A stretch of 64,000 nt of DNA from Ophelia neglecta. Lineage: Eukaryota. Shown here piece by piece: positions 11,933 to 25,010 of this stretch. Where the stretch lies: positions 38,378,001 to 38,442,000 of the forward strand of contig OZ260661.1 in the NCBI GenBank assembly GCA_965285935.1, written 5' to 3'. Position 1 is the stretch's first letter. Each line of letters begins with the position of its first letter. The notes beneath the pieces were generated by a model that worked only from the letters and a program-made list of their open reading frames with translations, was not told the DNA's origin and made no database searches. A program made the translations under genes and the position numbers.

Positions 11933-14900
11933 GTGTGTTCTGATAAAACCAGGGGGAAGGCATGCATAAATGTATGAATCAGTGATGCATGCCTCAAAAT
12001 AAACCATTATCACCTAGAGCACAATGGTCATGGTCCAGTCAACACATTATCACAGTCAGAGACTTCATCAGGAGATGCATTGTGATGGGATCTTCAAATG
12101 GTTGTCTTGGTGGACAGGCCTTGGGCGGTGCTTTGTCCATGCTCATCCACAGGCACAAGTTAGAAATGCCAGTGATTTGCAATAAAATGCCCTTGTGAAT
12201 ATAGCTTTAATAATGAAACATGTAGGCTTTGCAGGTTGTGGATCATTGCCAGTTTTGGGCCTGATATCCATTGATATCCCCTGCATTTGCCACAGGATCC
12301 CTGCAGTTTGACTACGCACATTGCAGCTGTATTGGGCAAAAGCGAGATACTATTGCAAAGGGTCACTGCCCATATATCTATGGGCCCTCTGTTAATATAG
12401 CATCAGATCAGCACTAGTTATAGACCCCATAGTGAGCTGCACTTTGGTGCTAGCACATGCGGTGCTCCCAAATAAGGCAAAGCTTACAATTTGACCATCT
12501 GACACCTCTAAAAACACGGCAAATCCCCTGCTGGGGAATTCCTTGATTACTATAACAAGGGTAACCTTAATATTTTTAATAATATCAATTATCCAATTAA
12601 AGACATGCAATTTATTAAGTTAGTGCATGTGGGTCACATCTTCTATATTGTGTATTAATTTCTAATGCTACATTTTTTCTGTAAGAATAATTCTCTGTGT
12701 CTTGTAATAGATGTACATGTATAGATTTTTAACTTGTCAGGTTGTCATGTAAATTTCTCATATTTACACCCAGACTTCTATATTTTTCTGCATACCTTAA
12801 CACAAGTAAGGTATTGCTTGTTTCTGCAGATTCTCAGGTTTCAAATTTAAAACAAATGTTGTTACTCAAGTGCTTATGAAAAGGGTTGTTAAATCCAGCA
12901 AAAGACTGATATTTGTCAATTAACTATGTTAAATGCTTGGCGTTCACCAAGGCCACACAGCGTGTAGTGGTGAAGACAAATCCAAGAAATTGCAAGATAA
13001 CAAGAAATACCAATACACAAAGAGGGTCACCGGTTTGTATAATACACACACAGCAGACTTCTTAAGAGTCAGTGTGTCTACCATCTTGTGTACATGGACC
13101 CATTGGAATTCTGTCAGACAGGGGATGGGGGAGGGGGAGGTACTCCCATATATGGCAGGTTTGGGAAGGTTGCACAGTTAGGCACCTCTTTTTCCATGTA
13201 ATACATTTTAACCTTGCCTCATTCACTCAGGATCACGGCTGGGAATAAACCTGCTGGATATGGTGAAGTTCAAGTCTAAGTTCGTTCCTATCAGACTTTA
13301 GTTCCAAGTCAAACCCCTCCCTCTTATCAGACTTTTTTGCACTGTCTAAAATTTACCTCTAAAAAATTAAGGTGCTTACATTGGGCTTTCATTTCATGAA
13401 AATATCAGCCACTGTGACACTGGAATTTTTACAGAAAAAATCTGCCTCTTGGCACACCAGTGGAGGCTCTGTGCGACCTCCCCTCTTATTTCATAGGGTA
13501 GTGTCCCCCTCCCCCCCCCCCCCCCCCCCGCTTCATTTCAGAATCCACCGTGCAAAAAGAACCTGCTTCAGATCAGTTTCAGGTCTTCATTGAAATTGCT
13601 GAAATGCCACAAGTGTTGCTTTAACCACTGACACTTGCTTGAATAGTGACACGGACATGTATCCTGCAAGATTTATTTAATCAAATGGTGACACTTTCAG
13701 TTGCTTCATTAAAGAAGCATTGTATTATGAATCTAATCTGGCTATGAAGTACATGTACATTTGTCAGTGGAAAGACTGTAAGGCAGAACCCTGACGCTAA
13801 GAAACAGGGGTGCCACAGTCAAAGAATCCATTCCAAGCCCTGCATGTAGTAAGGGATTGAACACTTCCGAATCACACAGGGTTAAACCTTTAACAATTGC
13901 AGTTAAGCTATGCAGGTTCACAAACTTGGTACCGTGCTTGCCAAACACTGAGGGACTGAACAATCACTGGATTAGTATAGTCACAAAGCTTACAAAAGCT
14001 CACAGAAGTGAGAATTTGTCTGTAAGTTGTCCAAATCCCTTACCCTAACTCGTACATCTAAAAGCGTGACGGGAACAAATAGACACGGAAAAGCTTTGTG
14101 AAAACAAACACAGTGAATTTTTCCACAACACGTTCCAATTTCCAACAATGAACAATGTCTCAAACAATGTCTAGGGAAGGTCAGAGGTACAGAGTTCAGC
14201 AGACGTACATGTACATCTAAGTACCTGGTATAGCAACTGTTTATTTTTAATTTGTATAGAAAGTCCTATTAAAAGCATTTCATTGCCTCAAGCAAAATAT
14301 GATATAAAATAATATTGTCTTCCAAACCTTCATTAAAGATAATTAGGTAAATAATCTCCAAAAAAATTATGCAATTTCAGTGATATTTGAATGCAATATA
14401 TTAATCAGACTTATTTTATCGACTGTTTTCTTATTGATAAGTTGTGCATATTGAAAATCAATACCTCTGCCAAGGTGCTTACATATTGAGTATTGTGCAG
14501 TTTTGGCAATACTTATGAAAATAATTGTAGGAGGCTAATAGTTAGGCCATTCAAAGTAGTAAATTGTTTCTGAGGCTCTGTAAGTAGACAGAAGGTTTCT
14601 TGTTTTCTTTAACAAGTTTCCAGTGATGTTCTGGCTTATTTGGGAGATTGAGGGCAGTTTTAATTTTCAAATATCCATTTCCTTATAAACGTCCATACCA
14701 TCTGAAACATTCTGTTTTTAATAGGCAGGAAGGAGGGTAGTTCATATGTAGTGTCCACTCACAGGTGGTGCCAAAGAAACACCTTTATAATGTTTTCTGG
14801 CCTCACTATTCGGGTGCTTGTGTAATATAACAGAGGCCATCATATTATTAGTTCATGGTTTACATTAACTTTTCAATGGTATTTAAGTCTGGTGAGAGAA

Positions 14901-17026
14901 ACAATACTACATATGAGTCATGTTTTACATGAATTATCAGACATGTATATACCGGTGTATACATCTCTGGCACTATGTATTTACAGTGTTTTTGTGCTAC
15001 TGTAATGTATCGTGCCACTGCAGTGGATTTAACAGGAATACTCAAAAACTGAATTGAATATGTTCTGCTCTCTGAGCGTTTAAACTTCTTAATTTATTGA
15101 CAGTAAAATAGATGCATTTTTTTTCTTGAGATAATTATATAAAATCCAAAATTTTATAATTTTAGTTCTGTTCTCTTTACAAAATATTTGGCTTCCTTTC
15201 TTGTAAACCAGACAAAAAAGATGATGACCTTTTCTAAAAATAAATTCTACAAAAGTAGTCCATAATTATAATTCAATTTAATGAAATTAATGGCATTCTC
15301 AAGCTGGCAACCCTTGATGTACATGTGCATGTGAACAGTAACCCAAATACTATCAGGACACAATCCAGCTAGTAGCATTCTTATATTCCTCAATGTTTTT
15401 CATAAAATATCACAAACCATTAACATGAGAAAACAGTGGACATGAAGTAAAGAGTGACCAAGCTTCCCACAATCAATGGTTTGTTACCTGATGTAGACTC
15501 AGTAGAGATGCCTGTGAGGAAACAAATATACAAATATAAAGGGGAAAAAACAATTCTTGTCCATTCCTAGACTAAAAAAAATTATTTCTCAAAATCTTAA
15601 ACCAATATACATGTATTAATGTAAATGGTAGTAAGGTGAATAGGGACATCTGGGATGACTTTGTACTTAAATTGGTGGCATAACTGTTGGCATTTGTGTT
15701 TGTCACCACCCGGAATTGTCTTGTGTAGGATGTTCAGGGATACAGTCGACTTGCCACTTGGTATGTACACATACAGGCTGTACATTAGTACCGGTACATA
15801 CACGTACATGTAGAAATGTAAAGCGAAACAACACCTACTCTAGCTAAAAGCATAATTTAAGTTAGTGCAAACTGACTTATTTACTCCCTTCTGTTCATCT
15901 GAAGAGTGCAAGAACACTTAAAGGATATATGTTGCCATAAATTTCACAGACATGTTTCAAGTACAAACCAAGTGGTGAAAGTAGCCAGTAAAATTGGTTT
16001 CAGCAATGTTCTAGCATGCATTCCATGACTTCTGATGTGTGAAGGGAAATTATTAGGTACTTAACAAATTGTGAGGAGACACTGTTATCTTGGGTGTTTT
16101 TGGATCGTGCATTTTATACATGCATACTTGGTGGAAGAGCAATTTGCTATAATGTTTGCTTCCAAATATTGAAGAAAATTATAAAGTTTCAACCCATCTT
16201 TGCAATTCAACAATGAAGTTTGATCAAATGTCATGTAGTTTAAGTGATTATACTTAGGCCCTATAGCCGTTTCTCTCATCCAGTATCTAGATTTATTCAT
16301 TTCCTTGAATCACACATACTCTTATCTTTCATCAAATCACATTAGATCTTAATGTGATCATAGTTTTTATCACAAGGATTTTCCAGAGTGTTAATTATAA
16401 GCAATATGGGATAATTTCTGTGTTCCGTAGTTTTCTTGAATAAAATTGTAAACATGATAAAGAAATAGATAAATTTTCTATGGCCAAACAGAGTAATCAT
16501 ACCAGATGTGTATAATTTGCAAAGAAAGTTTTTCAGCTGTTTCAAAATTGTATGCATCATAGTTGGAACAGACTGTGGAGCTTTTTGTCCTTGTTTCAAA
16601 GAGGAAAATGTTGAGAGATTCTTTGCCAATGTCTGCGGTATATATTTTTAGCATTCATAGTCTGGGTCTAATTTTAATTATCAGTGTGAGGGTTATTTCT
16701 ATAAAGAATGACTAAGAGATGACTTTAAATAAGTGCAGCAATTTAACTATTTTTACGTGAATATACCTTGATGTCTGACTTCAAGGCTGGCACTGTTTGC
16801 CACTTAAGGTCTACACGTGGCCTCCGAATGCTGTTATACCGTCTTGTAGGTTTACGTTACAAGACCTGGCCTTCACTCGACAGAATGTACAATAAGGTTC
16901 AACCTTCAATTGCCATCCACTTTTAAAGCAGCATGAGTGAATTATGACTGCATTAAAACCACCCCTGGTTCTTCACCTTGATTTGAAGCATATTAATTCT
17001 TGGAGCGTGAGAAGTATATGACTTAC

Positions 17027-17804
17027 TAGGACACCAGGCGCCTGAGGCGGTATCGTCTGGACTGGTGTTAATCCTGCCTCTCACCGGGATGTGAGTCGCA
17101 TCGAATATACTGGAGCTGGTAATACTGGTGTCAGGAATGGACTCCTCCTCCCCAGACACTATTAGACCCTTTCTCGAGCAAAGGGAATAACCTGTTTTGA
17201 AATCATTCAGCTGCTCCTCTAACGTTGTGGTCAGTCGAACTAGCTCAGATATCCTAGTGTTGGCTTCTAGAAGCTGTTCCTGGCTAGTGAGAACCGAGTC
17301 TAAACTCTCCTGTGCCGTTTTTGCCACAGAGTCAATGCTTTCTTCTTGCTGTTTTAGGGTAGTCACAAGAGTCTGAATTTCCTGTTGCTGGCTATCCAGC
17401 CGCTCACCAATGGAGTCACATTGGTCGCATGAAGAATTGTCTGTTTTGTTTGTGTTGGCAGCTAATCCTGCAAGCAGTGTGCCCTGCTCATTGAGTGAGT
17501 TTTGGAGAGAGATGAGAGTTTTGGCCTGTTCTCCAGTCCAAACCTGGAGGGCAGAAATGTTTTGACTTAGGTCCTGTAGTGTGTCTTCCAGGCCCTCATT
17601 GCTGCCTTCTCCAGATGTTTGAGGGCACACCCCATTTTCACTCTCTTTATAGATGGGCATTAATAAAGTATAGGCACATTGTCCATTCACAGTTTTCTCA
17701 CATTGGCATGCTCGTGAATAGGTCTTTTGGCCATGGATACAGGTAAAAAATCCAAGTAGTACAATAGTAAGCCAAAGCAGGGATATATCAAGTCGTAAAG
17801 CCAT
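17027..17804 (-). CDS. Discoidin gene, variable first coding exon A: signal peptide, Cys cap, coiled coil and start of F5/8C; 374 aa when spliced to the constant exons
   Basis: ATG at 17804, hydrophobic signal peptide, RACQCEKTVNGQCAYTLLMP, heptad-rich region, then CSRKGL...ITSSS...GRIN...GAWCP. Donor CCT A|gtaagt (phase 1) is in frame with exon 3925-4115. Confidence 0.9.
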
Positions 17805-20310
17805 ATTGTTGGTGTAGAATAAAAGTGCCTGTAGATCTTATAGAACTAATATGACAGCACCATACATCTGTCCTTGTATCGCATTGAAGCAAGGTAAAAT
17901 AAACATGAAAAGTCAATGGCTAGCATAATACTACCTGTTCATTTTGTAATAAACTATTTCCCTATCCAGTGTTGTGAAGAAAGTCCAACTTATTATCATC
18001 CCGAGCTGTTAAGCCCTTATTACCAGCCAGCTAAGCCTCGCTTTTACCCAACAGGATAGGCCGGCAGCTTTGAGGCAAGCAGTGCAGTACGTGTATGAAG
18101 CCCTCAATGGCAATGACTGATCAAACCTGTAAGAAATTCACGCTTCCTGGCTACAAATAATGTCCTGCCAGTAACAGACCTATGAACATAGCTGGTATGC
18201 AGGCCGCTGCAGTTTCTTTGGAGTACTTTCAGAAGTGGCAGTCTTGGTTGGACGCTCCCTGAACATGCATTAGGATGGCCCAACCAATTTTTTTGATTGC
18301 CAGTTTCTCTATTTAAGAATCATGGAAGGCTGACTATTTCATACCAGGGCTGACATGCTTATCCCTTAAGTTCATTACTATTGTGAAGGTACAGCAAAAT
18401 ACCCAGTATTTATGAAACTCTATGCCTAAATATTTATGATGAAATGTGCATTCAATAAACAGCCGTTATAATTTGCATAAATAATTCAGTGATTATATTG
18501 CTATTTGACAGTTAGTAATGAATACAAGCCAGACAGAATTACATTTGAATCAATTATTGAGTGGGTTTTCATTTGGTACATTTGAACAGTACTTTGGGAA
18601 CTTATTAATATGGATATTTATGACTCTGGTCTGGCTTTTGTTGTTCATTGAGTAAGACACAGAATGCTGTGTTCAATGATCCAGGAATTCCTTCTTTATT
18701 ATTAATTTTACATATAACAATATCCATGTGAAAATTGGGGGAATCATGCAGGAAACAAAAAGCGTACATTTTCATTCAACACAAATAGAGATTTAGATTA
18801 TTGAAATAGTATTTTATGATTGGTAGGTGTTTTTCTACTGGTTTATAATCTACACAAAATATCCATTTGAAAAGCAACTCCTGTTTAATTTCTTAAATTT
18901 CAAGCCTACATAACATGGCGACATGTATCAATTTTTAATTTTGTCATCCAACTGCGATTTAAAAAGGCATGCATGCCCCCAATAGAATAATACATTGATA
19001 TAATTATTAATCTGTATCCTTGTATCAAAACCGTTTTTCCCAGTCTTCTTCACAATGTGTTACACATTGTTTTTTTCTTATGATGGGGTTCTCTATTATT
19101 CATGCCATGTCATGATTTACAAATTTTCTTTATCAATTTAAAACTGGCCAGTTGATGATCTACACAAATAACTGTTTACTGATTCATTATTTGATAGATT
19201 TTACAGTTCTTAATGGTCCCACCATCATGGTGCCACATATTCAGCATTGATTCTTGTTTTATAAAACTGTCTTCTAAGATCAAGACAATTCTTTCCCAAA
19301 GCATTTGAAGGTTCCACAGACATATGCTGCTAAAATGAATCTCTTAATACCAATAAGTACTGGACATGCCAGATACCTGTATCTGTTCTTCTCTACACAA
19401 ACAAACCTGCTCTCAAAAAGAGCTTTTCTACTCTGACCGCACCAGTGTCATCACCGCTAGTTCCTGACATCTGTCACAATCATTGCAATTCAATGTAAAT
19501 ATTGGTTAAATCTTTCATGTTCTTGGATATAGAATTGGTTATGATGTGTTTCCTAATACACCGCCGGCCATGTTACAGTAGGCAACTCACGCTGCACATA
19601 CCTGGTTTCCTTTGGTTTATTTGGTCTGGCCTAATGACGATGGGTTTTGTCCCAAGCTGTGACTTTCAAAAGCAACGTTTTTACCATTTGAATAGGAGAG
19701 CTAAAGACAACATGATTGTATAGGCATATACCAGGATCTGGAAATATGTACTACTATATTACTAGCATATTCTTTTTTCTCATCTGGTTAAAGAACCTAC
19801 ACAATTTTCCTTTAGGGCCTTATATACAAAATATGCCTATTACATGTAGGTTCCAATCCAATTAAGTCTCGGCGTGTTACTGTGTTAAGGATATTTGTGT
19901 TTCAATGATCTCTTTCCTTTGCACATTACTAACCCTTTATACCCAAGGAGTGGGTGGATCTAGCCTATTACAGAGCCTCTGACCGGCCCAGGGGGTCAGT
20001 GTTTGACCATCACACTGTATAGCACCATCATTAAACGTGAGCCCCGTCCCAGTCAAGTGTGTGATACCCTAGGAAGTCTGATACAGGCATTGTGCATAAT
20101 GTGGATGTATAGTGCAATACCTTTGATGAACATTGGAATATTTCAAGCATATCGCTGGTACACTTAAAAAGGATCCACTTTTTTATATTGAATCCAAAAA
20201 AATAGAAAAAAAACAATTTACATGTTAGTTGCATGCTTCAGTACTGCTTAAATGAGTTTGTTTTATAAATAAATATAAAATGTTCTTCAATTTCTCCACC
20301 TTTCATTTAA

Positions 20311-20365
20311 CCCTTTCATATTGCCCCAGAGCCAGTGTTTTTCAGGCGATACCGTAGTGAAAGGG
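20311..20365. mobile_element. 55-bp piggyBac-like mini-element
   Basis: TTAA|ccctttca ... tgaaaggg|TTAA: TTAA duplication with CCC/GGG termini and an 8-bp perfect TIR. Confidence 0.55.
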
Positions 20366-23300
20366 TTAAGCTTTAAATGGGTTTAATTACATAATTATTT
20401 ATCACACCGGAGAAAGCTTGGAGAAAGCTTTTCCAAAGTACCCCAGGTCAGTACATCATGAATTAGGCTTAAAGATCGTCAGTCTTATGTTCTGCCTTCG
20501 CTAAAAATACATTTACATGAACATCGTATATAAAATGTAATTCTAAATACATTATATACATAGATATGTGCATATAATCAAGAAGATACAGCGATGTATA
20601 TTTGAAGTCACATTATAGCAAGTACAATCAGGCATGTACTAAACTCTCATCTAATAAATACACACCAATGTACATGTACATCCTTCATTCAAATTTAACC
20701 TGTTAAACCAATGACCTGAACAGCTGAATGTAGCACTATAGTTTATAAGCTGCAGTGACCACGCTTGCTGGTTTAGAGACAATACATGCACACTTGTCAG
20801 AACAGCTTTTGAATAGAAGGTGTTTAAATGTAAGAAATAATTCTAGCCAATGGTTATCATGGATGTCTTTGAAACAGGATATGCAATATTTCCAAATATC
20901 ACACTGTCACGTCTGCTGCCTATGAACATAGCGAATCATCATGTTATCACCTCAGGAATTTACTGTCTCGCCAGTTTTTTGTCAACTTTTTCTATAAGTT
21001 ATACTACTTAGGAGGATCAAATTTGAAATCACCTTTTGAACCAATTAGGAGATGGATAACATAATGCTAAAAGCATAGGAGCAAGTTTGTTAACAGCGGA
21101 AAAGTATTACATTTCTGTTCGTGTACTAGTTTTGTACAATACTATTGGTGTCTGGGAATGAATATACATGTACATGTACAACTGACTATGTGCATTTGAA
21201 AGTTAAATTTATATTCACTGATATTTCATTTTGTGTGACTAATTATGACAAGAGCCCCATCAAATAATATAGATACTTTTTATAGACGTTTTGGGACACA
21301 TCTAGGCCTGTCAGGTAGTTGTCTGGTAGTGTTTACACTACTACCCTGTTGGATAAGTCACATAGATGTACATGTAGGATGTATTAATCAAAAGATAAAA
21401 TACACAGTTACTAGATGGCACTACTGACTGACATTTTAATTACCAGTTGTCACCTCATTTATATCATTTTAGCAAAATATACTGTTAGGTGGTATATTAC
21501 ACCGACAGGGATGATTAAAATCATATACTGTGTACCGGTAATTAAAAGCTATCAGGTCTGTTACCAACACAGGTATATATATTAATTCATGCATTTAAAA
21601 GATAGCAAATAAAATGTTCATGCACCAACATTTAGTGTGAATAGTATATGTACATGCAGACATTGTAATAAAGTAATGCAACCCCCCCCCCCCTTCCCGC
21701 CCTACCTCCCATGACTGACAAACACACAGCCCCATCCCCACTCCCCTACTACCACTTGGTAATTGCTAGCAGTAAACAACATTATGGCCCTATACACCAG
21801 TACCTAACTCGTCTTACTGCCAAGGTATGTAATTGATGTCACTTGACACCACAAACTACAAAAAATATGGCTCCTAAATACAGTTGCCATAATGGCCTGA
21901 CTGTGTAAGCTGGGAGGCTAACATATAATTTCTATCAGTTTAAGTTCCATAAATCTGCAGGGGTTCTTGTCACCTGAATCTCTGGCAGGAAAATATGTGT
22001 TGGGAAACCTTTTCAAGTCCTGCTGAGCACATGTATTAAATATAATTCTGTTATCAAATATAGACTTACCAACATTACCCAAGTACTTATATAATTATCA
22101 TGCCAGCCTGAGTAAAGGAGGAAATGTCTTAATTATTAGTATTTGCCGTTTCAACTTGTCTGTAATAAAGAGGCAAATTTTGCATTTTACATTTCCCTCA
22201 AACTACTTCCAATATTCAAAATGGTAAAGGTCACCCACGATTTTTTTTAATCACTATAAGCCTTTTGTAGGTATCCATAGCATAGAGTACCATAATTGAA
22301 ATTCTTCAGACTGAAGTGCATCGTTTGTTATTTTAATTTATAATCTTATTATTGATATAGGTAGGTTATGACTGCCAAATTCTTGCTATGCCAGGAAGTG
22401 GAATGCAATTGATACATATTAGGGTCTTTGATGGTAAAAATAAACTTTGCCATATGAGCAAAATGCTAGTGGAGTTTGCTTATAATGTTATGTCACATAC
22501 CAGAACACTGCATGCATGTCGATGTAATACCATTTTGAAAATACCTCTCTTTGATTGGTTTCATGGTCTCATCAGAGATTTTACTGTACTTATTGAGATG
22601 TTGTAATTATGATATACTGCCTGTAATAATACACAGTGCACATTAACATTCTACATTATCAGATTCCTAAGGGAGAAAGAATACCTGTTTTCAGGCACTA
22701 AATACATGGATTTTTTTAACATTCAAAGTAGTCTACATGTACAACATACTGCCAATCTGTCAATAGGTAAATGTCTAATAATACTACTGCAAAGTAGTCT
22801 TCTAAAACTACTACTACAGCCATACAATACTTTAAGTAAGAAGTTAAAAGGTTGCATACGGTTTGGCCATAGTGGTCAATCCATATAGCTCCCAATACAT
22901 GAACTAGCCTAGTACATGTACAATGGAAATTCATGCAGATGTATCAACGTGATACTGATAAGCAATCTCAGTGATTTTGTACCAGAAAAACACTTATTGT
23001 TGAAAAAGATATGGCCACATGCAAATATGATGTTTAAAACCTGGGAAAGTCAGTCTGAAAGCTTGCGATTGATAGCCACCACTTTAAGTTTGGTTTCCAT
23101 ATCTTTAAGTGTGAAGGTACATTTCTAATAAATCCTAATTTAGACATGATCTTTCTATGCTGCCTCAGTGACTAGGCCTATTTTGTTGAGAAACATGTCA
23201 ATATAATTAATGAGATCACCAATTTTTTGAAATTCTGCCTTTTTCTTGACCCCCCTTATGTTGTAGTGTGTACATGCCAGCAGAGTCTACAAGCTCTGAG

Positions 23301-24689
23301 TTATGTTTTGCATAACAGAAAGTTTCTCGTGATTCAACCATGGGGAAGATTCTCCATACTTTGTAACATCCAAATTGGGTTACCATCATTTAATAGACAG
23401 TGCATCATTTTGATGGTCAACCATTTCTTAATTGAATTTGGATATCTAGTCTTAAATGACAAATTCATGTTTTAATACAATGTCAATGGCTGTACAGGAT
23501 CATAAGGCTGTTTTTGCTGACATGATCCTATATTAATAACAGTTATAATGATTAATATATCTTCTTTTCTTCTGGGAATTTGAAGCACTAGTTTTATTTC
23601 TGTTATTATTTTGTGACAAAATCCCATTCCACCTGCCCTCCCCCCTACACAAGTTCACAATTTTTGCTGAACACACCGAGTTCCGGACCAAATTGAATAT
23701 AATAATAAATTGTCACCCGAGTAAATTTTTACCCCATGGCAAAAGCCAAGAAATTACTCATTTTGCATACACATTACTTTATATTTATATTTGGATTTAA
23801 ACACCCTCTCTGGCAGATTGCCAGACAGAAAAAAATCTTGAATCGATGAAGGCCAGACATAAAAATAACTACCATGGCTCTGTGACCTTATTAAACCTTT
23901 ATTATATTGTGTCTGTGCTAGCTAGATGATGTACACCTCCCCCTCCTGCAAAACTAATTTAGACTTAAACTGGCAGGTGGACCCATGGAAGAACAAACAC
24001 TGGGGATGTGGCAGACAGACATTCATGTAGAGCTGTATATCCAATAGGCAAATAATAAAACACACTAGAGTATATGTATATACATACATACATACATACA
24101 TACATGGGTATGTACAGCTATGGGGGATGATCATTCCTTGAAATGATATCAACCTGTATCATTTGAAACATCAAGGGATCTCTCATCCCCCAGATACTAG
24201 ACGACTTCTTTTCATCCTTACAGCTACTCCAATAACAGAGGGATGGGTGTACAAGGTTTCCGTTGCAGATTTTTGCACTTACATTTGTTCTTGCCTTGAT
24301 CTTAAAGCCTCATAAGTCTAGAAGAGGCAGGCTTTCATCTTCACCCCTATTGCATACATGTACTTGTTTAGAAGGAGAAACAGATTTTTTTAATATCTCA
24401 AAATTTTATATATTTTTTTTAAACCCTGACGTTCGTTCATGTTAAATCGGAGTGACTGGTTATTATTTTTGTATACATTATACATGTTTACATTTATTTC
24501 CTTGACTTTGGACTGCCACAATATCTCCATTTATTTTCTTCAATTTTGTTCTAAAGTTTATTATAATTCTGCAAGTCAGTTTTAATTATCATATGATGAA
24601 CCCATGCTAGTGTTGTGCACTAGCAGATGCTGTTGGTAATATTGTAACCAAGGAAGGGTAATAGCTAACAGGTCAGACCAAAATTGTCA

Positions 24690-25010
24690 GGACCAAGTCA
24701 TATGGTTTATAAGAACAAGGTTCTAAAGACGAGGATCATAGAACAGATTTGAGGTTCTCAGAGGTTATCATTACTGAACCTGTTGTTAAGACAAGGTTTT
24801 CAGGACAAGGTTTTCAGTACAAGGTTTTCAGGACAACATGTATGTTAGGGCAAGGTTCCAATGTTTTTTATTACATTATTTTAGGAGGTAATAGTTTCAA
24901 TTGGCAAAATCTCTCAGAACAAGGTTCAGAAGAACATCATTCTCAGGCCAAGGGACTGTGATCTCTCCTAAGGGCAAGAGTCTCAGGACTAGCTTCGTAA
25001 GAACATTATG
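24690..25010. repeat. Degenerate ~19-20-bp tandem repeat
   Basis: Recurrent acaaggtt(c/t)tcaggac-like core. Confidence 0.55.

Noticed and set aside
12080-12170. TCACG...GQ motif as a decayed variable exon in the shared intron
   Set aside because: Similarity is too short and interrupted by stops and indels.
16953-17026. C-terminal tails of the ORF-track proteins for exons A and B (SKSYTSH..., SKFNHF...)
   Set aside because: Read-through into intron past the conserved GTAAGT donors; homology between A and B stops at GAWCP.
22195-22245. tgggtgacc...taccattttgaatat, resembling WVTSY.L.Y, as a private exon 2 for exon B
   Set aside because: Needs a frameshift, and there is no upstream WIQ.DLG or splice sites. 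Likely chance, though a sensitive tBLASTn should confirm.
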